Shown here: positions 29,681-39,907 of the stretch, piece by piece
Layout: the number at the start of each line of letters is the position of its first letter
Position numbering within the stretch: position 1 is the first letter of the stretch
Origin: an alpha proteobacterium SCGC AAA536-G10
GTDB taxonomy: Bacteria; Pseudomonadota; Alphaproteobacteria; Puniceispirillales; Marisalimonadaceae
Length of the DNA: 64,000 nucleotides
Assembly (NCBI GenBank): GCA_000384615.1
Contig: ARQU01000003.1
Coordinates: 104,751 to 168,750 of the forward strand
Direction: 5' to 3'
Made by a program: the position numbers and the translations under genes
Notes under the pieces: model-generated
Seen by the model: only the letters and a program-made list of their open reading frames with translations
Told to the model about the DNA's origin: nothing
Databases searched by the model: none

Positions 29681-30145
29681 TCAATTATTAAGATTTTTTA
29701 CAGCTTCTAAAACCTCTTCTGCATGACCAGAAACTTTGACTTTTTCCCAAACATTCGTTATTTTACCTCGTTCATTTGATAGAAATGTAGATCTTTGGAC
29801 ACCCATATATTTCTTTCCGTACATAGACTTTTCTACCCAAACACCAAATTGTTCGCATACATCATTTTCAAAGTCAGCACCAAGTTCACAAGTAAGATTA
29901 TATTTTTCTCTAAATTTACTCTGTTTTTTTTGATTATCTTTAGAAATACCAATAACAATACAATCTAATTTATCAAATTCATGTTGTAGATTTGTAAAAG
30001 CAACTGATTCAGCTGTACATCCGGAAGTGTCTGCTCTAGGAAAAAAGAAAATAACAATTTTTTTTCCTTTATAATTTGAAATTTTAAAATCGCCTCTATC
30101 AGTTAAAATTTCAAAGTTAGGTATTTCATCATTTATTTTTATCAT
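29681..30145 (-). CDS. bcp: Peroxiredoxin Bcp (thioredoxin-dependent thiol peroxidase)
   Basis: 154 aa with FFFPRADTSGCT (peroxidatic Cys), a typical Bcp/PrxQ fold. Confidence 0.9.
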   Translation of the reverse strand: MIKINDEIPNFEILTDRGDFKISNYKGKKIVIFFFPRADTSGCTAESVAFTNLQHEFDKLDCIVIGISKDNQKKQSKFREKYNLTCELGADFENDVCEQFGVWVEKSMYGKKYMGVQRSTFLSNERGKITNVWEKVKVSGHAEEVLEAVKNLNN

Positions 30146-30248
30146 TAATAAGATCTCTTATAATTAGTATTAAAAGTTTTATTAAGTTATATTATATCAA
30201 AAGAATATATCAACTACGATTTATCTAATATTATACAAAATAGGAAAG

Positions 30249-33200
30249 ATGATGAAAAAAGTTATAATTCTTCTTTTGATATTACCTTTTTTTATATTCG
30301 GGGTAGTCACAACAATGTTTGTTTATTCAGAACAAACACAAAATTTTATAATTAAATCATTTAATTTAAAAGGTATTCTTAACAAAAGGGTAAAAAGTTT
30401 TATTTCAAGAAAAATTAATGACGAAAATATAATAATTGAAATTAGTTCTATAAAGATATTAAAACCTAACTGGCCTAATATTGTGAAAATCGAATTAAAT
30501 GATACAAAAGTTCATACAATTGATCAAAAAGAAAAATCAAATATTAAGCTCATTGAATTAGGGTTTTCGTATGATTTCTTTTTTAAAAATATTTTTTTTA
30601 ATAGAGATAATCTTGAATTTAGTTACCTAAATTTTAGAGATTTATCTTTTTATGGAAAATTAGAAAAAAATAAATTTACACCAGGACCATTATTTAAAAT
30701 TTTTTTATCAATAAATCAAAAAGGTTTTGATGAACAGCACTCATTAAAAAAATTATTACAAAATAAAATTATAATCGGAAATATTACCCTTCTAATATCG
30801 GATCAGAGAGCCGCACTAAAGCATAGTATTTTAAAAATCAACTGTAAAAATGTTTTTGTTTCCCAATATTTAAACAATGCCCGTTCTCTCAACATGAATT
30901 GTAGTAAAAACAAATTATTTAAGTTTTCGGTAAAAGCCAACTTTTTAGAAAGTTTTAATAAATTCAACCTAAGCATAGAAAATATTGACCCTAAATTATT
31001 TTTAAGTAATCTTTCACAAGAAAATGTAAAATTTGAAACAGGGCTTATTTCTGGCATTTTAAAGGGTAGATTTAATATTGTTACGGATAAGAATTTTAAT
31101 ATAGAAAGTTTTAATTTCTTATCAAAGAAATCAAAATTAATTATAAAAAATAATGATGATATTATTTTAAACTCAGAATTGAGTGGCAAATTATTATGGA
31201 ACAAAAAAGATGGTTTATTAAAGATTAATGATTTATCAATAGGTGATGTAATAATAGCCTACTCTGAGATAGATTTTAATTCTAAAAATGGTTTTACTAA
31301 TTTTGTAATAAAAAGATTATCAACAAAAATATTAAAAAACCATCTAAACTCTTATGAAAGTTACTATGAATCATTTGTTAATTTAAATATTGTAAAAAGA
31401 TTTAATGATAAATTTAAAGGAGGAAGTTTAAATCACATAAATTTGAATTTGAAATTTTCATTTGAAAATAAAATTATTATTGAAAAAATAAGTGGGCGGG
31501 CAAAATTAAGTAATATTAGGTTTGAACACAATGATAAAATCTTTAAAAAAGTATTTTGCACTATATCTGGCAACTTTAAATTTGAAGTCAATAAACATAA
31601 TAACGAAATAATAATTGACCAAAGTTGGGCAAATATAGATTTAAATGCTTTGACAGGTTTTATATTATTGAAGGGGAATAATTTAGATTATAAATTTGAT
31701 AACGCCAAAATAAAATTAAAAATTCATAAAAATAATTTTATTATTAGTAAAGCTAAATTTGAAAAAGATAATTTACAGTATTCAATTGATGACGTTGAAA
31801 TTAATGGAAGTAATTATAGAATTAAAAAAGCAATGTTATTTAGAGATAATAAACTTCAATATGTTTTAAAAGACACAGTAATTAAAAATCAATTTATTAA
31901 AAACGGGCTCCTGAAAGTAAAAAATAATAAGGAATTTTCTGATTACCTTAAGAAAAATTTTAATATAGATCTGATTGGTGATACTGAGTTTAATTTAAGA
32001 TTAACTGGAGACATTAGCAATTTAGATCTAAATTTAAAGTTAAACTCAGACTTAACTGATTCAGATTTAAAAATAAATTATTTAAACTTCATAAAGAAAA
32101 AAAATATAACATCCTCAATAAAAACTGAAATTATTTATCAAAACGGTAAGCTTGCTTTTATAAAAGATATAAATTTAAAAAAAGAAAAAAATAATTATAA
32201 AATTGGTATTGTCAAATTAGATGGTATAGCTCCAACCAAAATTTTATTAAGAAATATTAAGACTCCAAAATTAGATTTAAAACAAATATCTATCGCTAAA
32301 AAAAATAAAATATTTGACTTAAATTTTTCAGGAAAAAAAATAGATTTTTCTTATTTTAAAGATAATCTTAAAAAAAAATCCGACAATAATATGAATATAA
32401 GTTTTGAAATTACTGCTGATAAGATTATCTTAGACCCCAAAATTTCTTTGGCAGGTAGCCTAAGGGGAACAATAAACAAGTCTATCTTTGAAGCAAATGC
32501 ATTTGGACAAATATGGCTTGATAAATCATCCTTATTAGATAGTGGAAAATTTGAAATTTACACAGACGATAAAATATCGAAGCTTAACGGTTTTGGTTTA
32601 GTCGGTGGTGCAGAAACCAAAATTATTATGGAAAAAAACAAAGATAAATTTCCCAAAATTATTTTTGATACTTCTGATGGAGGTAAACTTCTTAATGCTC
32701 TTGGTTTCACAAAAAATATAAGAAGTGGTGAAATGAAAATAAATATAAATTTTTTAAATAATACATATGATCATTATAAAGGAGTTATTAAATCAAAAAA
32801 ATTTAGTCTAATTAACACTCCAGGAATAATTAATTCCTTATCTGTTTTAAGTTTTTCTGGTATTCAATCTGTTATTTCCGGTGAAGGAGTTTATTTTGAC
32901 AAAGGTAGGGCGAATATAAACGTCAAGAAACATAACTTTACATTTGATAAGGTATATCTTTCTAGTGAATCATTAGGAATTGCTGCTAAAGGAAAAATAA
33001 ATTTAAAAAGAAAATTTTTAGATATGAGAGGATCAGTCGCTCCAATTAAATTAATATCGCAAATTATAAGTGTTGTTCCTGCTGTTGGTAAGTTAATTAC
33101 AGGATTAAAAAAAGAGGGACTATTTGCAGGGCAATTTAAAATGGTGGGACCAATTGAAAGTCCCAAGGTTGAATTAAATACTCTATCATTTGCGCCAGGT

Positions 33201-33272
33201 ATTTTAAGAGATTTGTTTGCAGATGATTGGTTGAATGATAATAATTTTTTTATTAATGAGAAGTCAGATTAA
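30249..33272 (+). CDS. Large AsmA/YhdP-like (DUF3971-type) envelope protein
   Basis: 1007 aa with an N-terminal TM anchor and a long beta-rich Asn/Lys-rich body. The C-terminal block LDMRGSVAPIKLISQIISVVPAVGKLITGLKKEGLFAGQFKMVGPIESPKVELNTLSFAPGILRDLF resembles the conserved AsmA2/YhdP C-terminus. Confidence 0.65.
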   Translation: MMKKVIILLLILPFFIFGVVTTMFVYSEQTQNFIIKSFNLKGILNKRVKSFISRKINDENIIIEISSIKILKPNWPNIVKIELNDTKVHTIDQKEKSNIKLIELGFSYDFFFKNIFFNRDNLEFSYLNFRDLSFYGKLEKNKFTPGPLFKIFLSINQKGFDEQHSLKKLLQNKIIIGNITLLISDQRAALKHSILKINCKNVFVSQYLNNARSLNMNCSKNKLFKFSVKANFLESFNKFNLSIENIDPKLFLSNLSQENVKFETGLISGILKGRFNIVTDKNFNIESFNFLSKKSKLIIKNNDDIILNSELSGKLLWNKKDGLLKINDLSIGDVIIAYSEIDFNSKNGFTNFVIKRLSTKILKNHLNSYESYYESFVNLNIVKRFNDKFKGGSLNHINLNLKFSFENKIIIEKISGRAKLSNIRFEHNDKIFKKVFCTISGNFKFEVNKHNNEIIIDQSWANIDLNALTGFILLKGNNLDYKFDNAKIKLKIHKNNFIISKAKFEKDNLQYSIDDVEINGSNYRIKKAMLFRDNKLQYVLKDTVIKNQFIKNGLLKVKNNKEFSDYLKKNFNIDLIGDTEFNLRLTGDISNLDLNLKLNSDLTDSDLKINYLNFIKKKNITSSIKTEIIYQNGKLAFIKDINLKKEKNNYKIGIVKLDGIAPTKILLRNIKTPKLDLKQISIAKKNKIFDLNFSGKKIDFSYFKDNLKKKSDNNMNISFEITADKIILDPKISLAGSLRGTINKSIFEANAFGQIWLDKSSLLDSGKFEIYTDDKISKLNGFGLVGGAETKIIMEKNKDKFPKIIFDTSDGGKLLNALGFTKNIRSGEMKININFLNNTYDHYKGVIKSKKFSLINTPGIINSLSVLSFSGIQSVISGEGVYFDKGRANINVKKHNFTFDKVYLSSESLGIAAKGKINLKRKFLDMRGSVAPIKLISQIISVVPAVGKLITGLKKEGLFAGQFKMVGPIESPKVELNTLSFAPGILRDLFADDWLNDNNFFINEKSD

Positions 33273-33286
33273 TTAATTTACTTAAA

Positions 33287-34528
33287 CTAAGAACAAATTA
33301 AAAATCCATGTCTTTTTTTTCCTGATGAAATTTTTACCTTACCATTTCTAAAATCATCTATTTTTAAAATATAATTTTCATCATTTACCACAATATCGTT
33401 AATTTTAGCACCGTTACCTCTTATTAACCTTCTTGCTTCGCCATTTGTTTTTAGAAAATTTAATTCTTTTAAAGCATTGATAAAGGATATTTCAGGTTTT
33501 GATATATTTATAGTGGGTAATCCTTCATCATCTATGATTTTATTAAATAAATTAGAAGCAGAAGTTGAGATTTTTTCAGCAGCCTCTTCACTTCTACACA
33601 ATTTTGTAACTTCATTTGCTAAGATTATTTTGGCATCATTTAATTCTGCGCCTTTTAATTGCTCTAATTTATAAATCTCTGTAATTGGTAATTCTGTAAA
33701 TAGTTTTAAAAATTTTATGACATCCAAATCTTCAGTGTTTCTCCAGTATTGCCAAAAATCCCAATCAGATAATAGCTCTTCATTTAGCCAGACTGCCCCA
33801 TTAGCTGTTTTACCCATTTTTATACCACTAGTGGTAGTTAATAATGGAGAAGTAAAACCAAACGTTTGTTTTGAAGTTTTCTTTCTAATTAAGTCTAACC
33901 CAGTAACAATATTTCCCCACTGATCAGATCCACCCATTTGTATTTTACAACCGTAATCTCTAAATAAATGTAAAAAATCAAATGCCTGAAGTAATGAGTA
34001 GTTAAATTCTAGAAAGGATAAATTTTGTTCTCTATCCAATCTTAGTTTGATACTTTCCAAATTCATAAGTTTATTAATCGAAAAAGATGACCCAAAATCT
34101 CTTAAAAATGATATATAGTTTAGTTTATCTAACCATTCGGAATTATTAACTATAATTGCGTCATTTTTACTAAATCCAAATTTCAAAAATTTTTCAAAGA
34201 TAGATTTAATATTCTTTTGATTTGTTTCTATATTCTCTGTGGAGAGAACTGGTCGAGCACTATCTTTTCCAGATGGATCACCAATTTTAGTTGTGCCTCC
34301 ACCCATAAGAACGATTGGTTTATGCCCTGTTTTTTGAAACCATCGAAGCATCATTATTTGTATCAGTGATCCCACATGAAGTGAGGGTGCAGTACAATCA
34401 AATCCGATATAGCCAGTCATTTTATTTTTAGATAATTCTTGGTCTAAGTTATATTTATCAGTTATTTGATGAATAAAACCTCTTTCATTCATAATATTTA
34501 GGAAATCTGAATTTATAGATTTATTCAT
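33287..34528 (-). CDS. tyrS: Tyrosyl-tRNA synthetase
   Basis: HIGH-type motif (SLHVGSL), KMSKS-type motif (KMGKT), C-terminal S4-like domain. Confidence 0.95.
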   Translation of the reverse strand: MNKSINSDFLNIMNERGFIHQITDKYNLDQELSKNKMTGYIGFDCTAPSLHVGSLIQIMMLRWFQKTGHKPIVLMGGGTTKIGDPSGKDSARPVLSTENIETNQKNIKSIFEKFLKFGFSKNDAIIVNNSEWLDKLNYISFLRDFGSSFSINKLMNLESIKLRLDREQNLSFLEFNYSLLQAFDFLHLFRDYGCKIQMGGSDQWGNIVTGLDLIRKKTSKQTFGFTSPLLTTTSGIKMGKTANGAVWLNEELLSDWDFWQYWRNTEDLDVIKFLKLFTELPITEIYKLEQLKGAELNDAKIILANEVTKLCRSEEAAEKISTSASNLFNKIIDDEGLPTINISKPEISFINALKELNFLKTNGEARRLIRGNGAKINDIVVNDENYILKIDDFRNGKVKISSGKKRHGFLICS

Positions 34529-34548
34529 TATTAATTCTCTTTTTTATT

Positions 34549-35208
34549 TTAAATCTCTCTATATTCAGATGAATCAAGAGCATTATTTAAATATTTTCTT
34601 ATAGCTTCCATTAATTCTTCATCATGGTTTGAAAACATATGATTAGCCTCTTTTATGAATTCGACATCAATTTTAATACCCTTTTGTATAGAAATTTTAT
34701 CAACAATTTTTTGAATTGCTTCACTTGGAACTCTATTGTTATTCTCTCCATGAATTATCAGGCCTGATGCAGGGCAGGGAGCAAGAAAAGAAAAATCAAA
34801 TTTATCCGCTGGTGGTGAAACTGAGATAAATCCTGTAATTTCTGGTCTTCTCATCATTAACTGCATTCCAACCCAAGAACCAAAGGAAAATCCAGCAATA
34901 AACGTGTATCTTGAATGAATATTTTGAGATTGAATCCAGTCTAAAACAGCTGCGGCATCAGCTAATTCTACTTCACCACCCTCGTAGATGCCTTCACTTC
35001 TTCCAACTCCTCTAAAATTGAAACGTAATACTGAAAATCCTCTATTTCTAAATTCATGATACATTCCGTATGAAACTTTATTATTCATACTGCCACCTTG
35101 ATTAGGTTCAGGGTGTAAAATTAGGGCTATGGGAGAATCTGTTGAAACTCCAGAATGGTATCTACATTCAATTCTTCCGTGTGGACCATTTAGAATTACT
35201 TCAGGCAT
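34549..35208 (-). CDS. Alpha/beta-fold hydrolase (COG2945-like)
   Basis: 219 aa. Nucleophile elbow GFSFGS, FNFRGVGRSEG, and a His near the C-terminus (EANHMF). Confidence 0.7.
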   Translation of the reverse strand: MPEVILNGPHGRIECRYHSGVSTDSPIALILHPEPNQGGSMNNKVSYGMYHEFRNRGFSVLRFNFRGVGRSEGIYEGGEVELADAAAVLDWIQSQNIHSRYTFIAGFSFGSWVGMQLMMRRPEITGFISVSPPADKFDFSFLAPCPASGLIIHGENNNRVPSEAIQKIVDKISIQKGIKIDVEFIKEANHMFSNHDEELMEAIRKYLNNALDSSEYREI

Positions 35209-35426
35209 TTATTTCTCCGGTGGATTTTTATATATTTATAACATAAATTATATGGCTATAAAATTAAAAGATCATTTCTATTGACTAAAATAATTATCGA
35301 ATAATAATCTATTGTTAATCTGTCAATATTAATGAATTAAATAAAAATACAACTTATACTTAATATTTTTGAGTAATTTTAGACAATGTATAGTATATAT
35401 TATTCTTAACCTCTGCAGGCATATTA

Positions 35427-36119
35427 ATGAATATTAAAAACTTTTTTAAAGAAATAGATTCTATTATTGAGAGAGATCCTGCTGCAGGAAGTAGACTAGG
35501 AGTAATTTTTCTATATCCATCTTTTCACGTAATGTTTTTTTATAAAATTGGAAATATTCTGTGGAGGTACAATTTAAAATTTTTAGCAAGACTAATAATG
35601 CATTTTGCCAGAATATTTACTGGTATAGAAATTCATCCTGCAGCCAAAATAGGATCAAACTTCTTTATGGACCATGGTATAGGTATAGTGATAGGTGAGA
35701 CTACTGAAATAGGAGAAAATGTTACGATTTATCAAGGAGTAACTCTTGGTGGCATAATGCCGTCAGTAGAAAGTGACTTACAAAGAAATCAAAAAAGACA
35801 TCCTACAGTTGGAAACAATGTTATAATTGGTTCAGGAGCTCAAATTTTAGGGGCGATTAATATTGGTGATGACGCAAGAATTGGAGCAAACTCAGTTGTT
35901 TCAAGAGATGTTCCTGCAAACGTAACTGTTGCGGGGGTTCCCGCTAGAGAATTTGCAAGATCAGCAAAAAAAGAAACCTTTAAACCCTATGCTGTATCAG
36001 ATAGTGATGCAGATCCAAGAGAAAAGGCATTAGTATCATTATTAAAAAAAGTTGAAAATTTAGAGAAAAAAATTAAAAAATTTGAAAATGATAATAAGAG
36101 TAAAAATTTAAAAAAATAA
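35427..36119 (+). CDS. cysE: Serine O-acetyltransferase
   Basis: ERDPAA N-terminal motif, hexapeptide repeats (GIEIHPAAKIG, DHGIGIVIGETTEIG, IGSGAQILG, IGANSVV). Confidence 0.9.
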   Translation: MNIKNFFKEIDSIIERDPAAGSRLGVIFLYPSFHVMFFYKIGNILWRYNLKFLARLIMHFARIFTGIEIHPAAKIGSNFFMDHGIGIVIGETTEIGENVTIYQGVTLGGIMPSVESDLQRNQKRHPTVGNNVIIGSGAQILGAINIGDDARIGANSVVSRDVPANVTVAGVPAREFARSAKKETFKPYAVSDSDADPREKALVSLLKKVENLEKKIKKFENDNKSKNLKK

Positions 36120-36152
36120 TTACAATAGTTTTTTTTAAACAAAATAAGTAAA

Positions 36153-37274
36153 ATGAACAGACAAATTTACCTAGACTATAATGCAACTGTACCAGTTTTA
36201 GAGAAAGTAAAAAATTCTTTAATTAACTGTATGAATTTTGGCCCGTTAAACGCGTCATCAGTTCATTATTATGGAAGAAAAGGTAAAAATTTAGTGGAAA
36301 AAGCTAAACTAAATATAGCTAGATTAGTAAATGCAAAGAGTGATAATATAATTTTTACAAGTTCTGCAACAGAGGCTATAAATTTAGTTTTCAGTAATTT
36401 TAATACTATTATCGTAAGTTCTATAGAACATTTGGCAGTTTTGTCTTCTTCAAAAAGTAATTTAATTATTCCTGTAAATAAAAATGGAGTAGTTGACTTA
36501 AATGCTATGGAAACATTACTTAAAAGCATCAATAAAAATAGAAAAGAAATTTTGGTGTCAGTCATGTGGGTTAATAATGAAACTGGTGTAATACAGCCCA
36601 TTAGGGAGGTTATAAGTATTTCAAAAAAATATGGATGTTTGGTTCATTGTGATGCCGCACAAGCCTTAGGTAAAATTGAAATAAATTTAAATGAATTAGA
36701 GATAGATTTTTTAACTCTCTCAGGGCACAAAATAGGAGCTCCAAGTGGTATAGGAGCTTTGATAAATAACAATCAATTTAATTTGGCTCCTCAAATATTA
36801 GGAGGGGGACAAGAAAAGGGTATAAGAGCAGGGACTGAAAATATAATTGGAATATTTGGTTTTGGTGAGGCTGCTCAAATTATGTCAGAAATGCCTAAAA
36901 AAAATGATAATCAAGTTAAATACCTCAGAGATTATCTCAGTAATAAAATTAAAAAAATAAGACCAGAAACAATTTTTTTTGGGCAGAATAGTAATAGGGT
37001 AAGCAATACCTTACTTATGGCTTTACCAAATATACCTGGTGATTTAGCTTTAATGAAATTAGATCTTGCATCATTTTCAGTAAGCTCAGGTTCAGCTTGT
37101 AGTTCGGGTAAAATAAGTAAAAGTCATGTAATTAGTGCAATGGGATATGAAGATCTTGCGTCAAATTCAATTAGATTGTCATTTCCACCAAACGATACAA
37201 TTTTAGAAACAGAGTGCTTGATAACTACTGAAGATTTAGATAACTTGGCGGAATGTTGGCTTGATTTAAAATAA
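36153..37274 (+). CDS. Cysteine desulfurase (class V aminotransferase, NifS/IscS-like)
   Basis: IYLDYNATVP start, PLP-Lys motif SGHKIGAPSGIGAL, active-site loop SSGSACSSG. Confidence 0.85.
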   Translation: MNRQIYLDYNATVPVLEKVKNSLINCMNFGPLNASSVHYYGRKGKNLVEKAKLNIARLVNAKSDNIIFTSSATEAINLVFSNFNTIIVSSIEHLAVLSSSKSNLIIPVNKNGVVDLNAMETLLKSINKNRKEILVSVMWVNNETGVIQPIREVISISKKYGCLVHCDAAQALGKIEINLNELEIDFLTLSGHKIGAPSGIGALINNNQFNLAPQILGGGQEKGIRAGTENIIGIFGFGEAAQIMSEMPKKNDNQVKYLRDYLSNKIKKIRPETIFFGQNSNRVSNTLLMALPNIPGDLALMKLDLASFSVSSGSACSSGKISKSHVISAMGYEDLASNSIRLSFPPNDTILETECLITTEDLDNLAECWLDLK

Positions 37275-37299
37275 GTATTAATAAATTTTGGAGTAAAAG

Positions 37300-37611
37300 G
37301 TGCCTAAACTTATATTTGTTGACTCAGAAGGAACTGAAAAATCTGTTGAAGCAGAAAATGGACTGTCAGTAATGGAAGTTGCTAGAGATAATGATTTAGA
37401 AATTGAGGGTACATGTGGTGGTTCAATTTCTTGTTGTACATGTCACGTAATTATTGATAAAGATTGGTTCTCAATCGTAGGTGGTCCTAATCCTGATGAA
37501 GAAGATATGTTAGATTTAGCAGTTGGGCTTCAACCTACATCCAGATTGGGATGTCAGATAGAAGTTAGTGATAAGCTTGACGGTCTTAGGCTTTTGATAC
37601 CAGAAGAGTAA
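37300..37611 (+). CDS. fdx: 2Fe-2S ferredoxin (adrenodoxin/Fdx type)
   Basis: 103 aa, GTG start. The Cys pattern CGGSISCCTCH ... C is typical of vertebrate-type [2Fe-2S] ferredoxins. Confidence 0.85.
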   Translation: MPKLIFVDSEGTEKSVEAENGLSVMEVARDNDLEIEGTCGGSISCCTCHVIIDKDWFSIVGGPNPDEEDMLDLAVGLQPTSRLGCQIEVSDKLDGLRLLIPEE

Positions 37612-37613
37612 GG

Positions 37614-38807
37614 TTGATGATTAACATTAATCAAGTAATTCAAGATATGGATTTAAAGGGTAATCCTTCCGAGCATAGAATAGTTGTAGCTATGTCTGGA
37701 GGTGTTGATTCCTCTGTCACAGCTGCTTTACTTGTTGAAGCGGGTTTTAATGTAGTAGGTTTAACTATGCAGTTGTATGATCATGGTCAGGCGCTTAAAA
37801 AAAAGGGAGCATGTTGTGCAGGATCAGATGTAAATGATGCAAGATTAGTCTCTAGTAAACTACAAATTCCACATTATGTATTAAACTACGAAAATCTTTT
37901 TCAAGATCAAGTAATGGAAGACTTTGCAGATTCCTACCTTCGAGGAGAAACACCCATACCTTGTGTAAGATGTAATCAAACAGTTAAGTTTGTAGACATG
38001 CTTGATAGAGCTAAAAAATTAGGTGCGAGTGCTATGGCAACTGGACATTATATTAGAAGAAAAAAAAATACTGGTATCCCAAGTTTGTATAAGGGAATAG
38101 ATTCTTCCAAAGACCAGTCATACTTTTTGTTTGCAACCACAAAAAATCAACTTGAGTTCTTAAGATTTCCCTTAGGTTCATTAACTAAAAAAGAAACAAG
38201 ATCTATAGCTAAAAAATATAATCTCGATGTTGCTGAAAAACCTGACAGTCAAGACATATGTTTTGTTCCAGATGGGAAGTACGCTGACGTTGTTCGTAAA
38301 TTAAGACCAGGAAGTATCGATGTTGGAGATATTGTTGATATTGAAGGAAAAAAATTGGGTCAACATAATGGTATTATTGATTTTACTATAGGACAAAGAA
38401 AGGGTATTGGAATTGGGGGACGAAAAGGGGTTAATGAAAATGATACGCTTTTATATGTTATTGCCCTGGATGCAAAAAAAAATCAGGTAATAGTAGGTTC
38501 TAAAGCATATTTGGCTTGTAAAAAAATCAAAATTAATGAATGTAATTGGATAATAGATCAACCCCAAAATAAAGAATTTAAAATCTTAGTAAAATTAAGG
38601 AATTCTTCAAAACCAGTTGAAGGTAAAATTAAAGTTGATTTTAAAACTGGTGCTTCTGATTTATATTTTAATAAACCTCAATTCGGAGTTTCGATAGGTC
38701 AAGCTGCAGTTTTTTATAATACTATAGATCATGACCACGTCTTAGGTGGGGGATGGATAACAGATGCTCCAAATATGATTGATTTGAATAATAGTATGAA
38801 TGCATAA
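37614..38807 (+). CDS. mnmA: tRNA 2-thiouridine(34) synthase MnmA
   Basis: PP-loop VAMSGGVDSSV, catalytic Cys region IPCVRCN, DQSYFL, CFV motif. Confidence 0.9.
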   Translation: MMININQVIQDMDLKGNPSEHRIVVAMSGGVDSSVTAALLVEAGFNVVGLTMQLYDHGQALKKKGACCAGSDVNDARLVSSKLQIPHYVLNYENLFQDQVMEDFADSYLRGETPIPCVRCNQTVKFVDMLDRAKKLGASAMATGHYIRRKKNTGIPSLYKGIDSSKDQSYFLFATTKNQLEFLRFPLGSLTKKETRSIAKKYNLDVAEKPDSQDICFVPDGKYADVVRKLRPGSIDVGDIVDIEGKKLGQHNGIIDFTIGQRKGIGIGGRKGVNENDTLLYVIALDAKKNQVIVGSKAYLACKKIKINECNWIIDQPQNKEFKILVKLRNSSKPVEGKIKVDFKTGASDLYFNKPQFGVSIGQAAVFYNTIDHDHVLGGGWITDAPNMIDLNNSMNA

Positions 38808-39468
38808 ATTAGATCATGTTGTTATAGCGGCGAATACTTTGGAGGAGGGAACTTCTTATATAGAAAATAAGTTACATATTAAATTAAGTGATATTGGTTA
38901 CCATAATGATATGGGTACACATAATAGGGTAGTTAAGATAAGTAAAAGTGTTTACTTAGAAGTTATTTCTATAGATCCCAACTGTGTAGACTTAAAATCT
39001 AAAAGGTGGTTCAATTTAGATAGTTTAAAATTACAATCTCAGTTAAGAAAGTCACCTCGAGTAATAGGTTATGTTATCGAAAATGTAGATACAAAAATCC
39101 TAAAATATTATGAGCCCTTTTTCAGAGCATCAAGAGGCGAATATAAGTGGAAATTTGCTATGCCAAGAAATAACTCTAGCATTTTAGCAAATCAATTTTA
39201 TCTAAGTGGTATTATTCCAAGTTTAATAAATTGGGAAAGTGAAAAGCCAATTATTAAAATGCAAGATAACCATTTAAATCTAAAAAAGATTCAGATTCTA
39301 TTAACAGAAAATCAATTACGCTTTAAAAAGTTTATGAATTCTCTGGGAGTTATTGAAAAACTTAAATATTCAATAATCAAACAAAAAAATAATTTGTTGA
39401 TAGATGATTATCCTAAATTAAAAATAAATATAAATGACAAAATAAGAGACACTATTATTACATTATAA
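38800..39468 (+). CDS. VOC / glyoxalase-like domain protein
   Basis: N-terminal LDHVVIAANTLEEGTSYIENKL......GYHNDMGTHNRVVKISKSVYLEVISIDPN matches the glyoxalase-like (PF13468-type) pattern as I recall it. It overlaps the mnmA stop by 8 nt. Confidence 0.65.
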   Translation: MHKLDHVVIAANTLEEGTSYIENKLHIKLSDIGYHNDMGTHNRVVKISKSVYLEVISIDPNCVDLKSKRWFNLDSLKLQSQLRKSPRVIGYVIENVDTKILKYYEPFFRASRGEYKWKFAMPRNNSSILANQFYLSGIIPSLINWESEKPIIKMQDNHLNLKKIQILLTENQLRFKKFMNSLGVIEKLKYSIIKQKNNLLIDDYPKLKININDKIRDTIITL

Positions 39469-39535
39469 CTTTTATTTATCTTCGTAATAACTTGACTACA
39501 AAATAATTTATATTTAGTAACTATCTTATTATAAA

Positions 39536-39612
39536 GGCGGAGTAGCTCAGCTGGTTAGAGCACCGGAATCATAATCCGGGTGTCGGGGGTTCAAGTCCCT
39601 CCTCCGCTACCA
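39536..39612 (+). tRNA. tRNA-Met (anticodon CAT; elongator type, Ile2-lysidine type not formally excluded)
   Basis: Hand-folded 77-nt cloverleaf. Acceptor GGCGGAG/CTCCGCT (G1-U72 wobble), D arm GCTC/GAGC, anticodon arm CCGGA-ATCATAA-TCCGG, variable loop GTGTC, T arm GGGGG-TTCAAGT-CCCTC, encoded CCA. It lacks the three consecutive G-C pairs at the base of the anticodon stem that mark initiator tRNAs. Confidence 0.9.
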
Positions 39613-39691
39613 AATAACAATCTGAATAATAAGCCACACCTCACTTGTTATAATTATAGAATCTCAGGATGTTTCATAAAAGTCAAAGCAA

Positions 39692-39707
39692 TTGTGACGG
39701 AGATGTG
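39692..39707 (+). repeat. Left copy of 16-bp direct repeat TTGTGACGGAGATGTG (candidate att core)
   Basis: Exact match to 53363-53378. The word is G+C-balanced in a very AT-rich context, and both copies lie within 80 nt of tRNA-derived repeats. Confidence 0.7.
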
Positions 39708-39790
39708 ACCGGTTTTAATTATTTTTTATCTCTTTTTTAGTAAATTCAAAAACTTAAAAAAAAAAGTTAAATAAATTCTAAATTGGGCCT

Positions 39791-39818
39791 TTTCTGGCGA
39801 TTCATAGCCTGATATAAT
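39791..39818 (+). promoter_or_regulatory. Candidate extended -10 promoter for the alpA-primase operon
   Basis: TGATATAAT (39810-39818) is a TGn-TATAAT extended -10. A weak -35-like TTCTGG lies at 39791-39796 with a 16-nt spacer. Confidence 0.45.
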
Positions 39819-39828
39819 ATAAATGTAA

Positions 39829-39907
39829 GGTGGGGACACCTGGCTGACATACGAGCCCAATCAGTATGGAACAACTTCAATTAACATCGTGGAAGTTGAA
39901 TCCCACC
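39829..39907 (+). ncRNA. Candidate structured RNA / 5' leader upstream of alpA (not a tRNA)
   Basis: Locally G+C-rich ~80-nt segment. The outer pairing is GGTGGG (39829-34) with CCCACC (39902-07). Internal hairpins are GGCT-N8-AGCC and CAACTTC (39872-78) / GAAGTTG (39892-98). It lies directly downstream of the candidate promoter. Confidence 0.3.

Noticed and set aside
35209-35426. Possible riboswitch (SAM or other sulfur-metabolite sensing) in the 218-nt spacer upstream of cysE.
   Set aside because: I could not identify any conserved riboswitch core sequence or convincing helices. The region is almost pure A/T.
39829-39907. Reading the G+C-rich segment upstream of alpA as a tRNA or tRNA-like gene.
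   Set aside because: The acceptor-like helix is only 6 bp, the would-be T loop is 13 nt, and no anticodon arm geometry fits. It is kept only as a low-confidence structured-RNA candidate.
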